Positions 48,816-58,550 of a DNA stretch of 64,000 nt are shown piece by piece. The notes below the pieces were generated by a model. It was not told the DNA's origin and did no database searches. It worked only from the letters and a program-made list of their open reading frames with translations. The position numbers and the translations under genes are program-made. Origin of the DNA: Gemmatimonadales bacterium (lineage in GTDB: Bacteria; Krumholzibacteriota; Krumholzibacteriia; LZORAL124-64-63); contig JAHOYV010000029.1 in assembly GCA_019038745.1 (NCBI GenBank), positions 9,943 to 73,942 on the forward strand, read 5' to 3'. The first letter of the stretch is position 1, and the number at the start of each line of letters is the position of its first letter.

Positions 48816-49085
48816 ATGGATAGCAATCTCAATATCTTGGAAGGCAAGGTTCTGGAGGCCATTCAACTGATCAAGCAGTTGAGGCAGGAAAACCAGGTTT
48901 TACAAGATCGATGCGACGAACTGGTTGCCAGTAGTGCGGAATTCGAGGCAAAAAACTCGCGCTTGATCAGCGAACTTGAGGAACTGGGCCGTCAGGCAAC
49001 AGATCTTGAAGTTTACGAGGAGAAGAGGAAGGAAGTAGAGGCGAAAGTCGGGGGCCTGCTGGAACAGCTGGAGGCTCTGGGCTAA
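48816..49085 (+). CDS. ZapB-like (DUF904) coiled-coil cell-division protein
   Basis: 89-aa continuous heptad coiled coil (LEGKVLEAIQLIKQLRQENQVLQD...), located directly upstream of zapA. Confidence 0.5.
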   Translation: MDSNLNILEGKVLEAIQLIKQLRQENQVLQDRCDELVASSAEFEAKNSRLISELEELGRQATDLEVYEEKRKEVEAKVGGLLEQLEALG

Positions 49086-49109
49086 ACCGACGGGTACGGG
49101 AAGCGGTCC

Positions 49110-49442
49110 ATGACGGAATCTGAGAGCGTTACAGTCAAGATATTCGGAAGCGAGTACACCCTCAAAGGTGTGGCCGAGCCCGAGTATGTAATAAAAATTG
49201 CTTCATTCGTCGATGATAGGATGAATGAGGTGGCTCGAAGTTCCTCGGTTGCATCCACTACGAAAGTGGCTATCCTGGCTGCAGTGAACATCGCTGATGA
49301 GTTGTTCCGGTCGCAGGACGGAAGCATCCAGTCCATGGCTCTGCTCGAAGATAGATCAGTGGAAATCGTTCGACTCCTTGCCAAGGAATTGAACGCTGGA
49401 ACGATTAATGATAATGAGATCGACTCCCTGCCCGGGGCGTGA
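49110..49442 (+). CDS. zapA: Cell division protein ZapA
   Basis: 110 aa: VKIFGSEYTLKG...IAS..D. ZapA N-domain followed by a coiled-coil tail. Confidence 0.7.
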   Translation: MTESESVTVKIFGSEYTLKGVAEPEYVIKIASFVDDRMNEVARSSSVASTTKVAILAAVNIADELFRSQDGSIQSMALLEDRSVEIVRLLAKELNAGTINDNEIDSLPGA

Positions 49443-49659
49443 TGTGTCGTACAAGTGAGCCAACACTTCTACAATGGGATTCCGGAGTTTCCGGTCGGAT
49501 TTCGCAGCTTTTGCGGCAGTGATTGAAAATCGGGACAGGTAACCCACCTGAAGCAACACGGTTCAGTTGCTTCCGATTCACACGTCCGGGCGGGGTAATT
49601 GTTTTCCCGCTTCTTACCTCTTCTGCTCCGCAATTTTGAATAAATTGGGAGGAGAAGGA
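49443..49659 (+). other. Highly structured 217-nt zapA-rny intergenic region (multiple hairpins; candidate ncRNA or terminator plus leader)
   Basis: Hairpins CAGGT-AACCC-ACCTG, GAAGCAAC-ACGGTTCA-GTTGCTTC (49550-49573) and GCGGG-GTAATTGTTTT-CCCGC plus U-rich tail (49590-49620). Possible long-range pairing TTGCGGCAG / CTGCTCCGCAA. Confidence 0.3.
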
Positions 49660-51222
49660 ATGTTGATTGATTCCCCGTTTTTTTATCCGGTCGTTGCTGC
49701 TGGGGTGTTTTTCCTGCTCGGCTGGTTTGTATTCAAGCTTCGTTATGAAGCCCGCCACGGTCGACTCCAACAGGCCAGCCAGGAACTTTTGGGGCGGGCA
49801 GAACAGGCGGCGAAGGATATCCGGAAGGAAGCCGAACTTGAGGCCAAGGAAGAGTTCTACGAGGCTCGCCGTCTGTTCGAAAAAGAGACTGAAAAAACCA
49901 GGACTGAGAATCGTCGTCGGCAAGAGACTCTGGACATGCGAGAGAGCAACCTCATCAAGAAGGTGGCTTTCATTGACCAGAAAGAAACTCGTCTCGATAC
50001 ACAGGATGAAGAGTTACGAAGCCGGCAGAAGGATTTGACCGTCAAAAATGAGGATTTGGACGGCCTCATTGAGCAGCAGGGTCTTAAGCTCCAGCAAGTG
50101 GCCGGTATGACCGCGGATAATGCCAAGGCGCAACTGATGCAGGATATGGTGGAAGAGGCCCGTCTTTCCGCGGCTCGTAGCATTAAGCAGGTCAGGGATG
50201 AGGCGGACCGCACGGCGCGGCGGGAGGCAATGAAGATTCTCAGCCTGGCCGTCCAGCGCTACGCCTCCGAGCACGTTGCCGAGAGCACCGTTTCTGTGGT
50301 TGACCTCCCCAGTGACGACATGAAGGGCCGGATTATCGGTCGTGAGGGCCGGAATATTCGGGCTTTCGAGATGGCGACCGGTATCGATGTCATTATTGAC
50401 GATACTCCCGGGGCGGTAATCGTTTCCGGATTTGACCCCGTACGCCGTGAAATCGCCAGGCAGTCTCTGGAAATTCTTGTGCGGGACGGGCGGATTCATC
50501 CCGGCCGGATTGAGGAAGTCGTCAAAAAGACGCATCAGGAAATCATGGACAAAATTTTGGAAATAGGGGAGCAGGAGTGTTTGGATGTTGGCCTGCAAAA
50601 CGTAAACCCTGAATTCTACCACTACGTGGGTCGCTTGAATTATCGGACCAGCTACGGTCAGAACCTTTTGAAACACTCCAGGGAAGTCGCCGCCGTGGCC
50701 GCCGTGATTGCCAGCGAGCTCGGCCTTGACCCCCGGTTGGCGCGGCGCTGTGGATTTTTTCATGACATCGGCAAGGCGGTGGACCACGAAGTCGAGGGCC
50801 CGCATGCGGTCATTGGAGCGAGATTGTGCAAGAAATTCGGTGAAAACGACATCGTGATCAACGCAGTGGGCGGACATCACGAGGACGTGGAAGCCAAGTC
50901 CCCCTACACTTTTATTACGGTAGCGGCCGATGCCGTATCCGCTTCACGACCGGGAGCACGCAGGGAAAGCCTGGAAACCTATGTCCAGCGGCTGGAAAAC
51001 TTGGAAGAGATCGCCCACAGCTTTAAAGGTGTAGAGAAATCATACGCGATCCAGGCCGGGCGGGAAATCCGGGTCCTGGTCAATCACAGCAAGGTCTCCG
51101 ACGCCGAGGCGGCCGTACTGGCCGAAGAAGTCAGTAGGCGAATTGAGGGGGAACTTGAGTACCCTGGGCAGATCAAGGTAATGGTTATTCGGGAAACCCG
51201 AGCTACTTCTTACGCACGCTAG
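49660..51222 (+). CDS. rny: Ribonuclease Y
   Basis: N-terminal TM, coiled coil, KH domain (GRIIGREGRNIRAFE) and HD domain (HDIGKA...H). GGGAGGAG RBS. Internal Met start. Confidence 0.8.
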   Translation: MLIDSPFFYPVVAAGVFFLLGWFVFKLRYEARHGRLQQASQELLGRAEQAAKDIRKEAELEAKEEFYEARRLFEKETEKTRTENRRRQETLDMRESNLIKKVAFIDQKETRLDTQDEELRSRQKDLTVKNEDLDGLIEQQGLKLQQVAGMTADNAKAQLMQDMVEEARLSAARSIKQVRDEADRTARREAMKILSLAVQRYASEHVAESTVSVVDLPSDDMKGRIIGREGRNIRAFEMATGIDVIIDDTPGAVIVSGFDPVRREIARQSLEILVRDGRIHPGRIEEVVKKTHQEIMDKILEIGEQECLDVGLQNVNPEFYHYVGRLNYRTSYGQNLLKHSREVAAVAAVIASELGLDPRLARRCGFFHDIGKAVDHEVEGPHAVIGARLCKKFGENDIVINAVGGHHEDVEAKSPYTFITVAADAVSASRPGARRESLETYVQRLENLEEIAHSFKGVEKSYAIQAGREIRVLVNHSKVSDAEAAVLAEEVSRRIEGELEYPGQIKVMVIRETRATSYAR

Positions 51223-51272
51223 GAAAAACCAAGCCTGGATTATCTTCGGCTAACCTGGGCTAGAGGTCAGGT

Positions 51273-52154
51273 ATGGAAACGCTGTTGCTGAAGGGCAAGC
51301 CTGTTCGGGATCAAATTCTGGAGAAGTTGGCAGAACAGGTGCGCAAGGCTCCGCGCCCCCCGGGGCTGGCCGTAATACTGGTAGGCCTGGATCCCGCTTC
51401 GGCGGTCTATGTCTCCCACAAGGAAAAAGGGTGTCGCGAGGTTGGGTTTCATCACGAGACACACAAACTGCCTTGCGAAGCGACACAAGATGAGGTAATT
51501 CGCCTCGTCGACAAATTGAATGCTGATGACACGATTGACGGCATCTTGATTCAGCTGCCGTTGCCAGCGAGCCTGGATCAGGACCGGATACTACTGAGGG
51601 TGGATCCTCGTAAGGACGTGGACGGCTTCCATCCCGAAAATCTGGGTCGGTTGGTGGCCGGTTCACCCCGGTTCGTTTCATGTACCCCCAAGGGCATCAT
51701 CCGCCTGCTTGAGCATTACGGGATCCAACTTCCCGGTAAGAAAGTGGCAATCGTCGGGCGAAGTGTGATCGTAGGTAGACCCTTGGCTCTGCTCCTCTCT
51801 CTCAAGGGTCCCTCGGGTAATGCTACTGTGACCCTGTGCCATTCAGGTACAAGGGATCTTTCGGCGATTACCTTCTCCTCGGATATTGTCATTGCAGCCA
51901 TGGGCTCCGCCCGGGCTCTGGGCGAGATGGAAATTGCTCCTGGGGCCGTGGTCGTGGATGTGGGCATCAACCGGATAGAAGCGCCGGATCGGAAATCAGG
52001 GACCCGGCTGGTCGGGGATGTCAATTTTCCAGAAGTCGTCGACAGGGTTGCTGCTATTACGCCGGTTCCAGGTGGAGTGGGTCCGATGACGATTGCCATG
52101 TTGTTGGAAAATACCTGGGAAGCCATGCTCCGAAATATGGATGAGGGCATTTGA
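51273..52154 (+). CDS. folD: Bifunctional methylenetetrahydrofolate dehydrogenase/cyclohydrolase
   Basis: VGRSVIVGRPLALLL and PVPGGVGPMTIAMLL motifs, 293 aa. Confidence 0.9.
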   Translation: METLLLKGKPVRDQILEKLAEQVRKAPRPPGLAVILVGLDPASAVYVSHKEKGCREVGFHHETHKLPCEATQDEVIRLVDKLNADDTIDGILIQLPLPASLDQDRILLRVDPRKDVDGFHPENLGRLVAGSPRFVSCTPKGIIRLLEHYGIQLPGKKVAIVGRSVIVGRPLALLLSLKGPSGNATVTLCHSGTRDLSAITFSSDIVIAAMGSARALGEMEIAPGAVVVDVGINRIEAPDRKSGTRLVGDVNFPEVVDRVAAITPVPGGVGPMTIAMLLENTWEAMLRNMDEGI

Positions 52155-53065
52155 TGTCTTCTGAAAAATGGCAGGTCGATCTGGATAGGGAGCGATCGGG
52201 GATTGACCGCCGACTGCAGGAAATGCTCCGGTCCGAGAGTGGAATTCCCCGCCGCTTAAAAAGTGCCATGGGCCACAGTTTGCTGGGTGGGGGTAAACGT
52301 CTCCGACCTGTCCTTCTTCTCTGGACCTGGGATGCGGTTTCGCAGGGTAAAAATAGGGGAACTGTTTCCCGGACCGAAGCCCTGAGTGCCTCCTGCGCCT
52401 TGGAAATGCTGCACACTTATTCTCTTGTTCACGATGATTTACCGGCAATGGATGATGACGTTCTGCGGCGCGGGAATCCCACCTGCCACGTTGCCTTCGA
52501 CGAGGCCACTGCGATCCTGGCCGGAGATGGTCTTCAGGCCCTGGCTTTCAAACTTTTGGCCCGGCATGGGGGTTCGGTAGCAGGGCCTTTGGTCGAGATG
52601 TTGGGTCAGGATGTAGGCCCCGCCGGGATGGTGGGAGGTCAGCAGATTGATCTGGATTCCGAAGGAATGGAAGTCACGGCCGCACGAGTCAGAAGAATAC
52701 AGGGCAAAAAGACTGGAGCCCTACTGGCTGCAGCAATGGGTGGGGGAGCCCTACTGGCCGGAGCCGACCCTGGATTGACCGCAACTCTTCATGCCGCCGG
52801 ATTTAAGCTGGGCTTGGCCTTTCAGGGGGCGGACGACCTTCTGGATGTATCGGCTCCCTCGGTCAGGTTGGGTAAAAGTGCTGGCAAGGATGAAGCTTCG
52901 GGAAAAGCAACCTGGATCAGGGTGGAGGGTATGGAGAAGGCGAAGCGGAGAACCCGCCGGGTTGGTTTGGCCGCCTTGAGGAGCCTGGAGGAGGCTCTGC
53001 CTGATGGACCGGAGCTCGATAGACTCTGTTTTCTCGGAAAAATGATGTGGAATCGGGACAGGTAA
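52151..53065 (+). CDS. ispA: Polyprenyl diphosphate (farnesyl/geranylgeranyl) synthase
   Basis: First DDxxD (LVHDDLPAMDDDVLRRG) and second DD motif (FQGADDLLD). Overlaps folD by 4 nt. Confidence 0.8.
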   Translation: MMSSEKWQVDLDRERSGIDRRLQEMLRSESGIPRRLKSAMGHSLLGGGKRLRPVLLLWTWDAVSQGKNRGTVSRTEALSASCALEMLHTYSLVHDDLPAMDDDVLRRGNPTCHVAFDEATAILAGDGLQALAFKLLARHGGSVAGPLVEMLGQDVGPAGMVGGQQIDLDSEGMEVTAARVRRIQGKKTGALLAAAMGGGALLAGADPGLTATLHAAGFKLGLAFQGADDLLDVSAPSVRLGKSAGKDEASGKATWIRVEGMEKAKRRTRRVGLAALRSLEEALPDGPELDRLCFLGKMMWNRDR

Positions 53066-53069
53066 CCCA

Positions 53070-53522
53070 ATGTTCGCTGGTGAAACTCTGCCTATCTGGC
53101 TCGCGGTGGGTCTTTGCGGGATGATGATTCAGCTTGCCAAGCTGTTGGCCTATTCGGTTGCCAGGCGAAGAATTTGGCTGGCCGTGCTGGGGCAGAGTTA
53201 CGGTTTGCCTAGCCTTCCCGGTGCGCTCCTTACCTGCCTCATGGTGGTGGTTGGGCTCCGGATGGGATGGAACAGTTCCGAATTCGGGGTCGTGCTTGTC
53301 TTTGCCATCATATTTATTCACGATTCAGTAAAGCTGGGTTTTGCTTCCCGCCGGCACCGGGAGGCGGTCTTTCACCTGGTCCTCGCCCTTCAGGAAGGGG
53401 GGCGGTTTCGTCTGCGAGTGGCCGATTACCTGGATCCCCGGACTCATCATCCAGCCCATGTCCTGGTGGGCATGGTTCTTGGCGGCCTTTTCGCTCTGGC
53501 GTTCGGAGTGGGACAGGGTTAA
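53070..53522 (+). CDS. Divergent-PAP2 (DUF212, YuiD-like) membrane protein with a degenerate phosphatase motif
   Basis: Aligns by eye to B. subtilis YuiD: GLPSLPGA corresponds to GMPSSHSA (His to Pro), and DSVKLGFASRRHREA corresponds to DATGVRRHAGEQA. 150 aa, 4 TM. Confidence 0.55.
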   Translation: MFAGETLPIWLAVGLCGMMIQLAKLLAYSVARRRIWLAVLGQSYGLPSLPGALLTCLMVVVGLRMGWNSSEFGVVLVFAIIFIHDSVKLGFASRRHREAVFHLVLALQEGGRFRLRVADYLDPRTHHPAHVLVGMVLGGLFALAFGVGQG

Positions 53523-53575
53523 GGTTGCATTAGGTCCCCGCTTTTCGGGCCCTCTCTAGAAATGAAGGAAGTCAA

Positions 53576-55489
53576 ATGGAGCCCCTATTGCCCGGCATCC
53601 AGGGCCCCGAAGATCTGAAACGCCTGGACGAGGAACAACTCGCGCAGGTTTGCGCAGAGATCCGGGAAAAGATCATTTCCACCGTTTCTCACACGGGCGG
53701 TCATTTGGGTGCCAGTCTGGGTGTGGTTGAGTTGACGGTGGCATTGCACCGGGTGCTGGATTCCCCGACCGACAAGATCATTTGGGATGTCGGCCACCAA
53801 ACCTACCCGCACAAACTTCTGACCGGCCGTTGCGACCAATTCCAAACTCTCCGGACCCGTGGAGGGATTTCAGGATTTCCCAAGCAAACCGAAAGTCCCC
53901 ACGACATGTTCGGTGTCGGACACGCCAGCACTTCAATCAGTGCGGCCCTGGGGTATGCCGTGGGCCGCGATGTTCGGAAATCAAAACATTCGGTGGTGGC
54001 GATCCTCGGGGATGGGGCGTTGACCGGCGGTTTGGCCTATGAAGGATTGAACAATGCGGGCCAGGCCCAGACCGACTTGATCGTTATTCTCAATGACAAC
54101 AAGATGAGCATTTCGCCCAACGTGGGCGCCATTGCGCGATATCTGACCCGGATCACCAGCGGAAAACATTATAATCGATTGGAAGCCGATCTGTGGGATC
54201 TTCTGGGAAAAATCCCCAACGGGAGCAAGGCCCAGATTCTGGCCGGCAGGATCAAGGAAAGCCTCAAACAGCTCATTGTACCCACCATCCTGTTCGAGGA
54301 ATTGGGTTTCAAGTATTTTGGTCCTCTTGACGGTCACGATGTACCCTTGTTGATCGATACACTGGAGGCTGCGCGCAGGATGGGTGGCCCCATCCTGATC
54401 CATATCTTGACGTGCAAAGGCAAAGGATACCGTTTTGCAGAAGAAGACCGGGCCAAGTACCATGGCGTGGGAAGGTTCGACAAGTCAGAAGGGGTTCTGG
54501 CCGAGAAGGTTTCCGTTCCCAGCTATACTTCGGTTTTTGGGGATACCTTGTGCGGGATGGCGGAAAATGACTCTAGAATTCACGGGATTACGGCGGCAAT
54601 GCCTGCCGGGACCGGGCTGGCCAAACTCCGTGAACGGGTGCCCGAGCGATTTCACGATGTGGGGATTGCCGAAGGACACGCGGTAACTTTTGCAGCCGGA
54701 CTTGCCTGTTGTGACCAACGTCCGGTGGTTTCCATCTACTCCACTTTTTTGCAACGGGCCGTGGACCAGATCATTCACGATGTCGCCCTCCAAAAGCTTC
54801 CCGTGGTTTTCGCCGTGGACCGAGGCGGTCTTGTGGGTGAGGACGGGCCAACCCATCATGGTGTTTTCGATTTTGCCTTCCTGCGGATGATTCCGGGTCT
54901 GGTGGTAATGGCCCCACGGGACGAAGATCAGCTCCGTCACATGCTGGCCACTGGTTTGGAAAGGACCGAGGGCCCCTCGGCCTTGCGTTACCCGCGCGGC
55001 AGTGGCGTAGGTGTACCCATGGAGGGAGACCCGAAACCGATTCCCATCGGTAAAGGGGAAATAATGGCTCAAGGTGGAGATGTAGCAATATTGGCTATCG
55101 GATCCATGGTGAACCCTTGTCTATCAGCAGCCGAAGATTTGGCAAAAGCCGGAATTGGGGCCGAAGTTGCTGATATGCGCTTCGTTAAGCCATTGGACCA
55201 AAGCCTCCTGGTGGACGTGGTCAGTCGGCATTCATTGATCGTGACGGTTGAGGAGGGTTGCCTGAATGGCGGCTTTGGGTCCGCTATTCTGGAGTGTATT
55301 AACCAGCAGGGTTTTGAATCCGGCCCAAGGATTCTCAATTTAGGCATTCCTGACAATTTCCAGGAGCATGCGACCCGTGCTGAACTCCTGGGCGACCTAG
55401 GCCTTGATTCAGTGGGGATTAGCCGACGGGTGCTCGAATGGGTTCAGGAGCAGGATTCCGGTCGGAGGAAGGCGCAGAGCGCATCATGA
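53576..55489 (+). CDS. dxs: 1-deoxy-D-xylulose-5-phosphate synthase
   Basis: ThDP motif GDGALTGG...N...NDN and transketolase-like domains, 637 aa. Confidence 0.9.
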   Translation: MEPLLPGIQGPEDLKRLDEEQLAQVCAEIREKIISTVSHTGGHLGASLGVVELTVALHRVLDSPTDKIIWDVGHQTYPHKLLTGRCDQFQTLRTRGGISGFPKQTESPHDMFGVGHASTSISAALGYAVGRDVRKSKHSVVAILGDGALTGGLAYEGLNNAGQAQTDLIVILNDNKMSISPNVGAIARYLTRITSGKHYNRLEADLWDLLGKIPNGSKAQILAGRIKESLKQLIVPTILFEELGFKYFGPLDGHDVPLLIDTLEAARRMGGPILIHILTCKGKGYRFAEEDRAKYHGVGRFDKSEGVLAEKVSVPSYTSVFGDTLCGMAENDSRIHGITAAMPAGTGLAKLRERVPERFHDVGIAEGHAVTFAAGLACCDQRPVVSIYSTFLQRAVDQIIHDVALQKLPVVFAVDRGGLVGEDGPTHHGVFDFAFLRMIPGLVVMAPRDEDQLRHMLATGLERTEGPSALRYPRGSGVGVPMEGDPKPIPIGKGEIMAQGGDVAILAIGSMVNPCLSAAEDLAKAGIGAEVADMRFVKPLDQSLLVDVVSRHSLIVTVEEGCLNGGFGSAILECINQQGFESGPRILNLGIPDNFQEHATRAELLGDLGLDSVGISRRVLEWVQEQDSGRRKAQSAS

Positions 55490-56400
55490 GTTCGGGTGTT
55501 GAGAAAACCGGCAAGGGAATGCAGTGCCTGGGATTGTTTGCCAACCCCGGCAAGACGGATCTAATGCCCGCCATCAATACCATCCAGGGTATTTGTCTTC
55601 AAGCCGGTGTCCGTGTGCTCGTCTCCGAGGATCTTGAAGTCAGCCTCCCCTTTGGCTGGGATACTCTACCGAATCAAGAACTAGTGGAATGTAGCGATAC
55701 AATCGTTGCTCTTGGTGGGGACGGCACGATGCTGCGTGCTGCCCGGATTCTCTGCTCTAGCGGTGTTCCTCTTTTGGGAATTAATCTCGGATCGCTGGGA
55801 TATTTGACCGATGTACCTCTCAAGGATTTGGACTCTGCCGTCCGGCGTTTGTTGGCAGGTGAATACCACCTGGAAACTCGCTCACGGGTGTGTTGCTCGG
55901 TTTTGCGGGAAGGCCAACGGGTTGCCCGTCATCACGCCCTGAACGACTTGGTGGTCAATATGGGTCCCTTGCCCCGCGCCCTGGATATGGAGTTGTTACT
56001 GGATGATTTTCCCGTAGGCAAGTTTCTCGGCGACGGGTTGATTGTCAGTACCCCCACCGGGAGCACCGCCTACAACCTTTCGGCTGGGGGTCCAATTTGT
56101 CATGGGACTATTCCCGGTCTTCTGGTTACTCCAATCTGTCCCCATAGTTTGGCCATGCGCCCCGTTATCGTGTCCAGTTCTACCAAGATAGAGCTGATTC
56201 TTCATGAAACAGGCGAAGGCGCCGCTCTGGCTGCTGACGGCCAGATATTTGATGTTCTTGAAAACGGTGACCGATTGGAGTTTGGCCAATCCGAACTTGA
56301 TATCAACCTGGTAAAATTTCCCCATAGCAATTTCTACAAGGTGATGCGCCACAAGCTGAACTGGGGAGGGCGCCACCGTAGCTCCCTCAAGGAGACTTGA
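55486..56400 (+). CDS. nadK: NAD kinase
   Basis: GGDGTML and NxGxLGFL-type motifs (INLGSLGYLT). Start overlaps the dxs stop (ATGA). Confidence 0.85.
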   Translation: MSSGVEKTGKGMQCLGLFANPGKTDLMPAINTIQGICLQAGVRVLVSEDLEVSLPFGWDTLPNQELVECSDTIVALGGDGTMLRAARILCSSGVPLLGINLGSLGYLTDVPLKDLDSAVRRLLAGEYHLETRSRVCCSVLREGQRVARHHALNDLVVNMGPLPRALDMELLLDDFPVGKFLGDGLIVSTPTGSTAYNLSAGGPICHGTIPGLLVTPICPHSLAMRPVIVSSSTKIELILHETGEGAALAADGQIFDVLENGDRLEFGQSELDINLVKFPHSNFYKVMRHKLNWGGRHRSSLKET

Positions 56401-58145
56401 TGCTGCGGGCCTTGAGAGTCGGTAACCTGGCCTTGGTGGATGAGCTTGAAATCCAGGTCGGGACCGGCTTGACCATGGTCACCGGTGAAACCGGCGCCGG
56501 CAAGTCTCTTATTGCTGGCGCGTTATCACTATTGGCTGGAGGCAAAGCAACCAAGGGGATGGTCCGCCACGGAACGGATTTGGCCTTCGTTGAGGGAGTA
56601 TTCGACCTTGGCGATCGCCCAGCCGACCGTGAGGATCTGGCAGCCTTGGGCATCCGAATCGGGTCTGATGGAGTTTTGGTTCTGCGGCGGGAACTCAAGA
56701 TTGAAGGGAGGGGGCGCACCCTGATTAATGGGCTGTTTTCCTCCCAGGCTCTTTTGGAACAAATCGGCAAGAGACTGCTTTCGGTTCAAAGCCAGGACCA
56801 GCAACGCCACCTCTCACGTAGCGGATTCGCAGGAGAATTCCTGGATCGTGCCCTGGGACTGGAGGTCGAGTTGGCGGAGATGGAAAATGTTCTGGCGGCC
56901 TACTTGTCTCTCGCTGAAGATCTGGCCAATCGCCGGCGAGAGGATGAACTGGCAAGGGAGCAACTGGATATCTGGGAATACCAGCTCCGTGAATTGTCCG
57001 AAGCTGGATTGGACACGGAGGAGCCTGCGTTACTGACCGAGCAACTGGCGCTGGGCCGAAATGCCAGAGCTTTGCTGGAAGGCGCTGCATCATGTCGACA
57101 GGATCTTACCGAGGGTGAGGGTAACGCCCAGGGCAAATTGGGATCGGCCGAGGTTGCCTTGGCTTCTTTGGCTGACGGGAGTCCCGGATTGAGCGCGATT
57201 CTTGCCATGATCCGCGATGCTTTGGCCAACACGTCGGAGGCCGCAGCGGATCTGGAACGATTCCTGGACAATCTGGATTTGGATCCGGCCCGTCTAGACG
57301 AAATGGAGGAACGGAAAGCTCTTTACGATGAGTTGTGCCGAAAATATCGGCGAGACGTTCCCGAACTCATAAACCTGCGTGATGATTTGGCCCAGCGTCT
57401 CAAACGTCAGGGCAGGGCCGCTTCTGACCTGGAGGAATTGGCGACCGCTGTTGAACAGGCTCGGGGGAAGGTTGCGAACCAGGCCGAGCATTTGTACAAA
57501 CTCCGCCGGGATGGCGCCCCCGAAGTCGTCAGTCAGGCAACTGCCATAATTCGCCGTCTCGCCCTCCCTGATCTGGAATTGGAATTTTCGGTTGAATTAG
57601 ACCAGGATCCGAGCGGCTGGCTGGACCTGGGCGGTCACGCATGCAGGGCGGGAAAACGCGGAGCCGACCGGGTGGAATTACTGGCCAGGACCAACCGGGG
57701 TGAGGCTCCCGGCAGGGTATCCCAGATTGCCTCGGGCGGTGAACGTTCTCGGATTTTCTTGGGATTATCGGTGATCGGCGAGCAACCGCACCGGCGCCCT
57801 CTGCTGCTTTTTGACGAGATAGACGCCGGATTGGGGATGGACAACGCCGTTCCGGTCGCCGAACTGCTTGAGAGGCTGGCGGCAGACGGGCAGGTTTTTT
57901 GTATCACGCATCTGCCTACTGTAGCCTGCCGCGGGCATTCCCATTGGAAAGTCTACAAGAAGGCGGAGGGTGACAGAACCGTTTTAAGGGTTGAGGAACT
58001 GGATCCTTCCGGAAGGGTTAGAGAAACCGCCCGCCTGTTGGGTGGGGAAGCTGTTGAAGCGGATGTGTCCGAGAGCCAATTGAATTACGCTCGACAGTTG
58101 CTTTCGGAGGGAAGGCGGCATGCCGTCGAAGGCGGGCAGGATTGA
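56397..58145 (+). CDS. recN: DNA repair protein RecN
   Basis: N-terminal Walker A GETGAGKSL, long coiled coil, C-terminal signature and Walker B (LLFDEIDAGLG). 582 aa. Confidence 0.85.
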   Translation: MMLRALRVGNLALVDELEIQVGTGLTMVTGETGAGKSLIAGALSLLAGGKATKGMVRHGTDLAFVEGVFDLGDRPADREDLAALGIRIGSDGVLVLRRELKIEGRGRTLINGLFSSQALLEQIGKRLLSVQSQDQQRHLSRSGFAGEFLDRALGLEVELAEMENVLAAYLSLAEDLANRRREDELAREQLDIWEYQLRELSEAGLDTEEPALLTEQLALGRNARALLEGAASCRQDLTEGEGNAQGKLGSAEVALASLADGSPGLSAILAMIRDALANTSEAAADLERFLDNLDLDPARLDEMEERKALYDELCRKYRRDVPELINLRDDLAQRLKRQGRAASDLEELATAVEQARGKVANQAEHLYKLRRDGAPEVVSQATAIIRRLALPDLELEFSVELDQDPSGWLDLGGHACRAGKRGADRVELLARTNRGEAPGRVSQIASGGERSRIFLGLSVIGEQPHRRPLLLFDEIDAGLGMDNAVPVAELLERLAADGQVFCITHLPTVACRGHSHWKVYKKAEGDRTVLRVEELDPSGRVRETARLLGGEAVEADVSESQLNYARQLLSEGRRHAVEGGQD

Positions 58146-58201
58146 ATACCACTTTTTCCAGCCCACACCAGGCTTTGGTCATGACCGGAGTCCAAGAATA
58201 T

Positions 58202-58230
58202 TTGACGGAGCACGCTTAATGTTCCATACT
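58202..58230 (+). promoter_or_regulatory. Candidate promoter for tRNA-Arg
   Basis: TTGACG, a 17-nt spacer and CATACT, about 15 nt before the tRNA 5' end. Confidence 0.3.
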
Positions 58231-58245
58231 TCCGCAACCCAATGT

Positions 58246-58322
58246 GCGCCCGTAGCTCAGCTGGATAGAGCGTCTGCCTCCGGAGCAGAAGGTCGTGGGT
58301 TCGAATCCCGCCGGGCGTACCA
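58246..58322 (+). tRNA. tRNA-Arg (anticodon CCG)
   Basis: Acceptor GCGCCCG / CGGGCGT (terminal G-U), anticodon loop CTCCGGA, T-loop TTCGAAT, CCA encoded. 77 nt. Confidence 0.85.
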
Positions 58323-58343
58323 TTTCCCAATGGGGTTGTATTT

Positions 58344-58550
58344 GTGATCGTTTTACGCTTGTTAATATTCTTCCTGGCCGGACTGGTGTTGCGCCGGCTC
58401 ATCATCCATCTGTTTTCCTCGCTAAACCAGGTGAGACGTTCCTCATCTCGTCCAACTTCCCCGACGGGGAAGGGGACGGATGGAAACCCCAATCTGGATA
58501 AGCTGACCCAGCAGGATGTCAGTGATGCTGATTTCGAAGAGATCCCGTAG
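58344..58550 (+). CDS. Small membrane protein, DUF4834-like (N-terminal TM, Ser/Thr/Pro linker, acidic C-terminus ...DADFEEIP)
   Basis: 68 aa, GTG start. The architecture matches FCB-group DUF4834 small proteins. Weak RBS. Confidence 0.35.
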   Translation: MIVLRLLIFFLAGLVLRRLIIHLFSSLNQVRRSSSRPTSPTGKGTDGNPNLDKLTQQDVSDADFEEIP

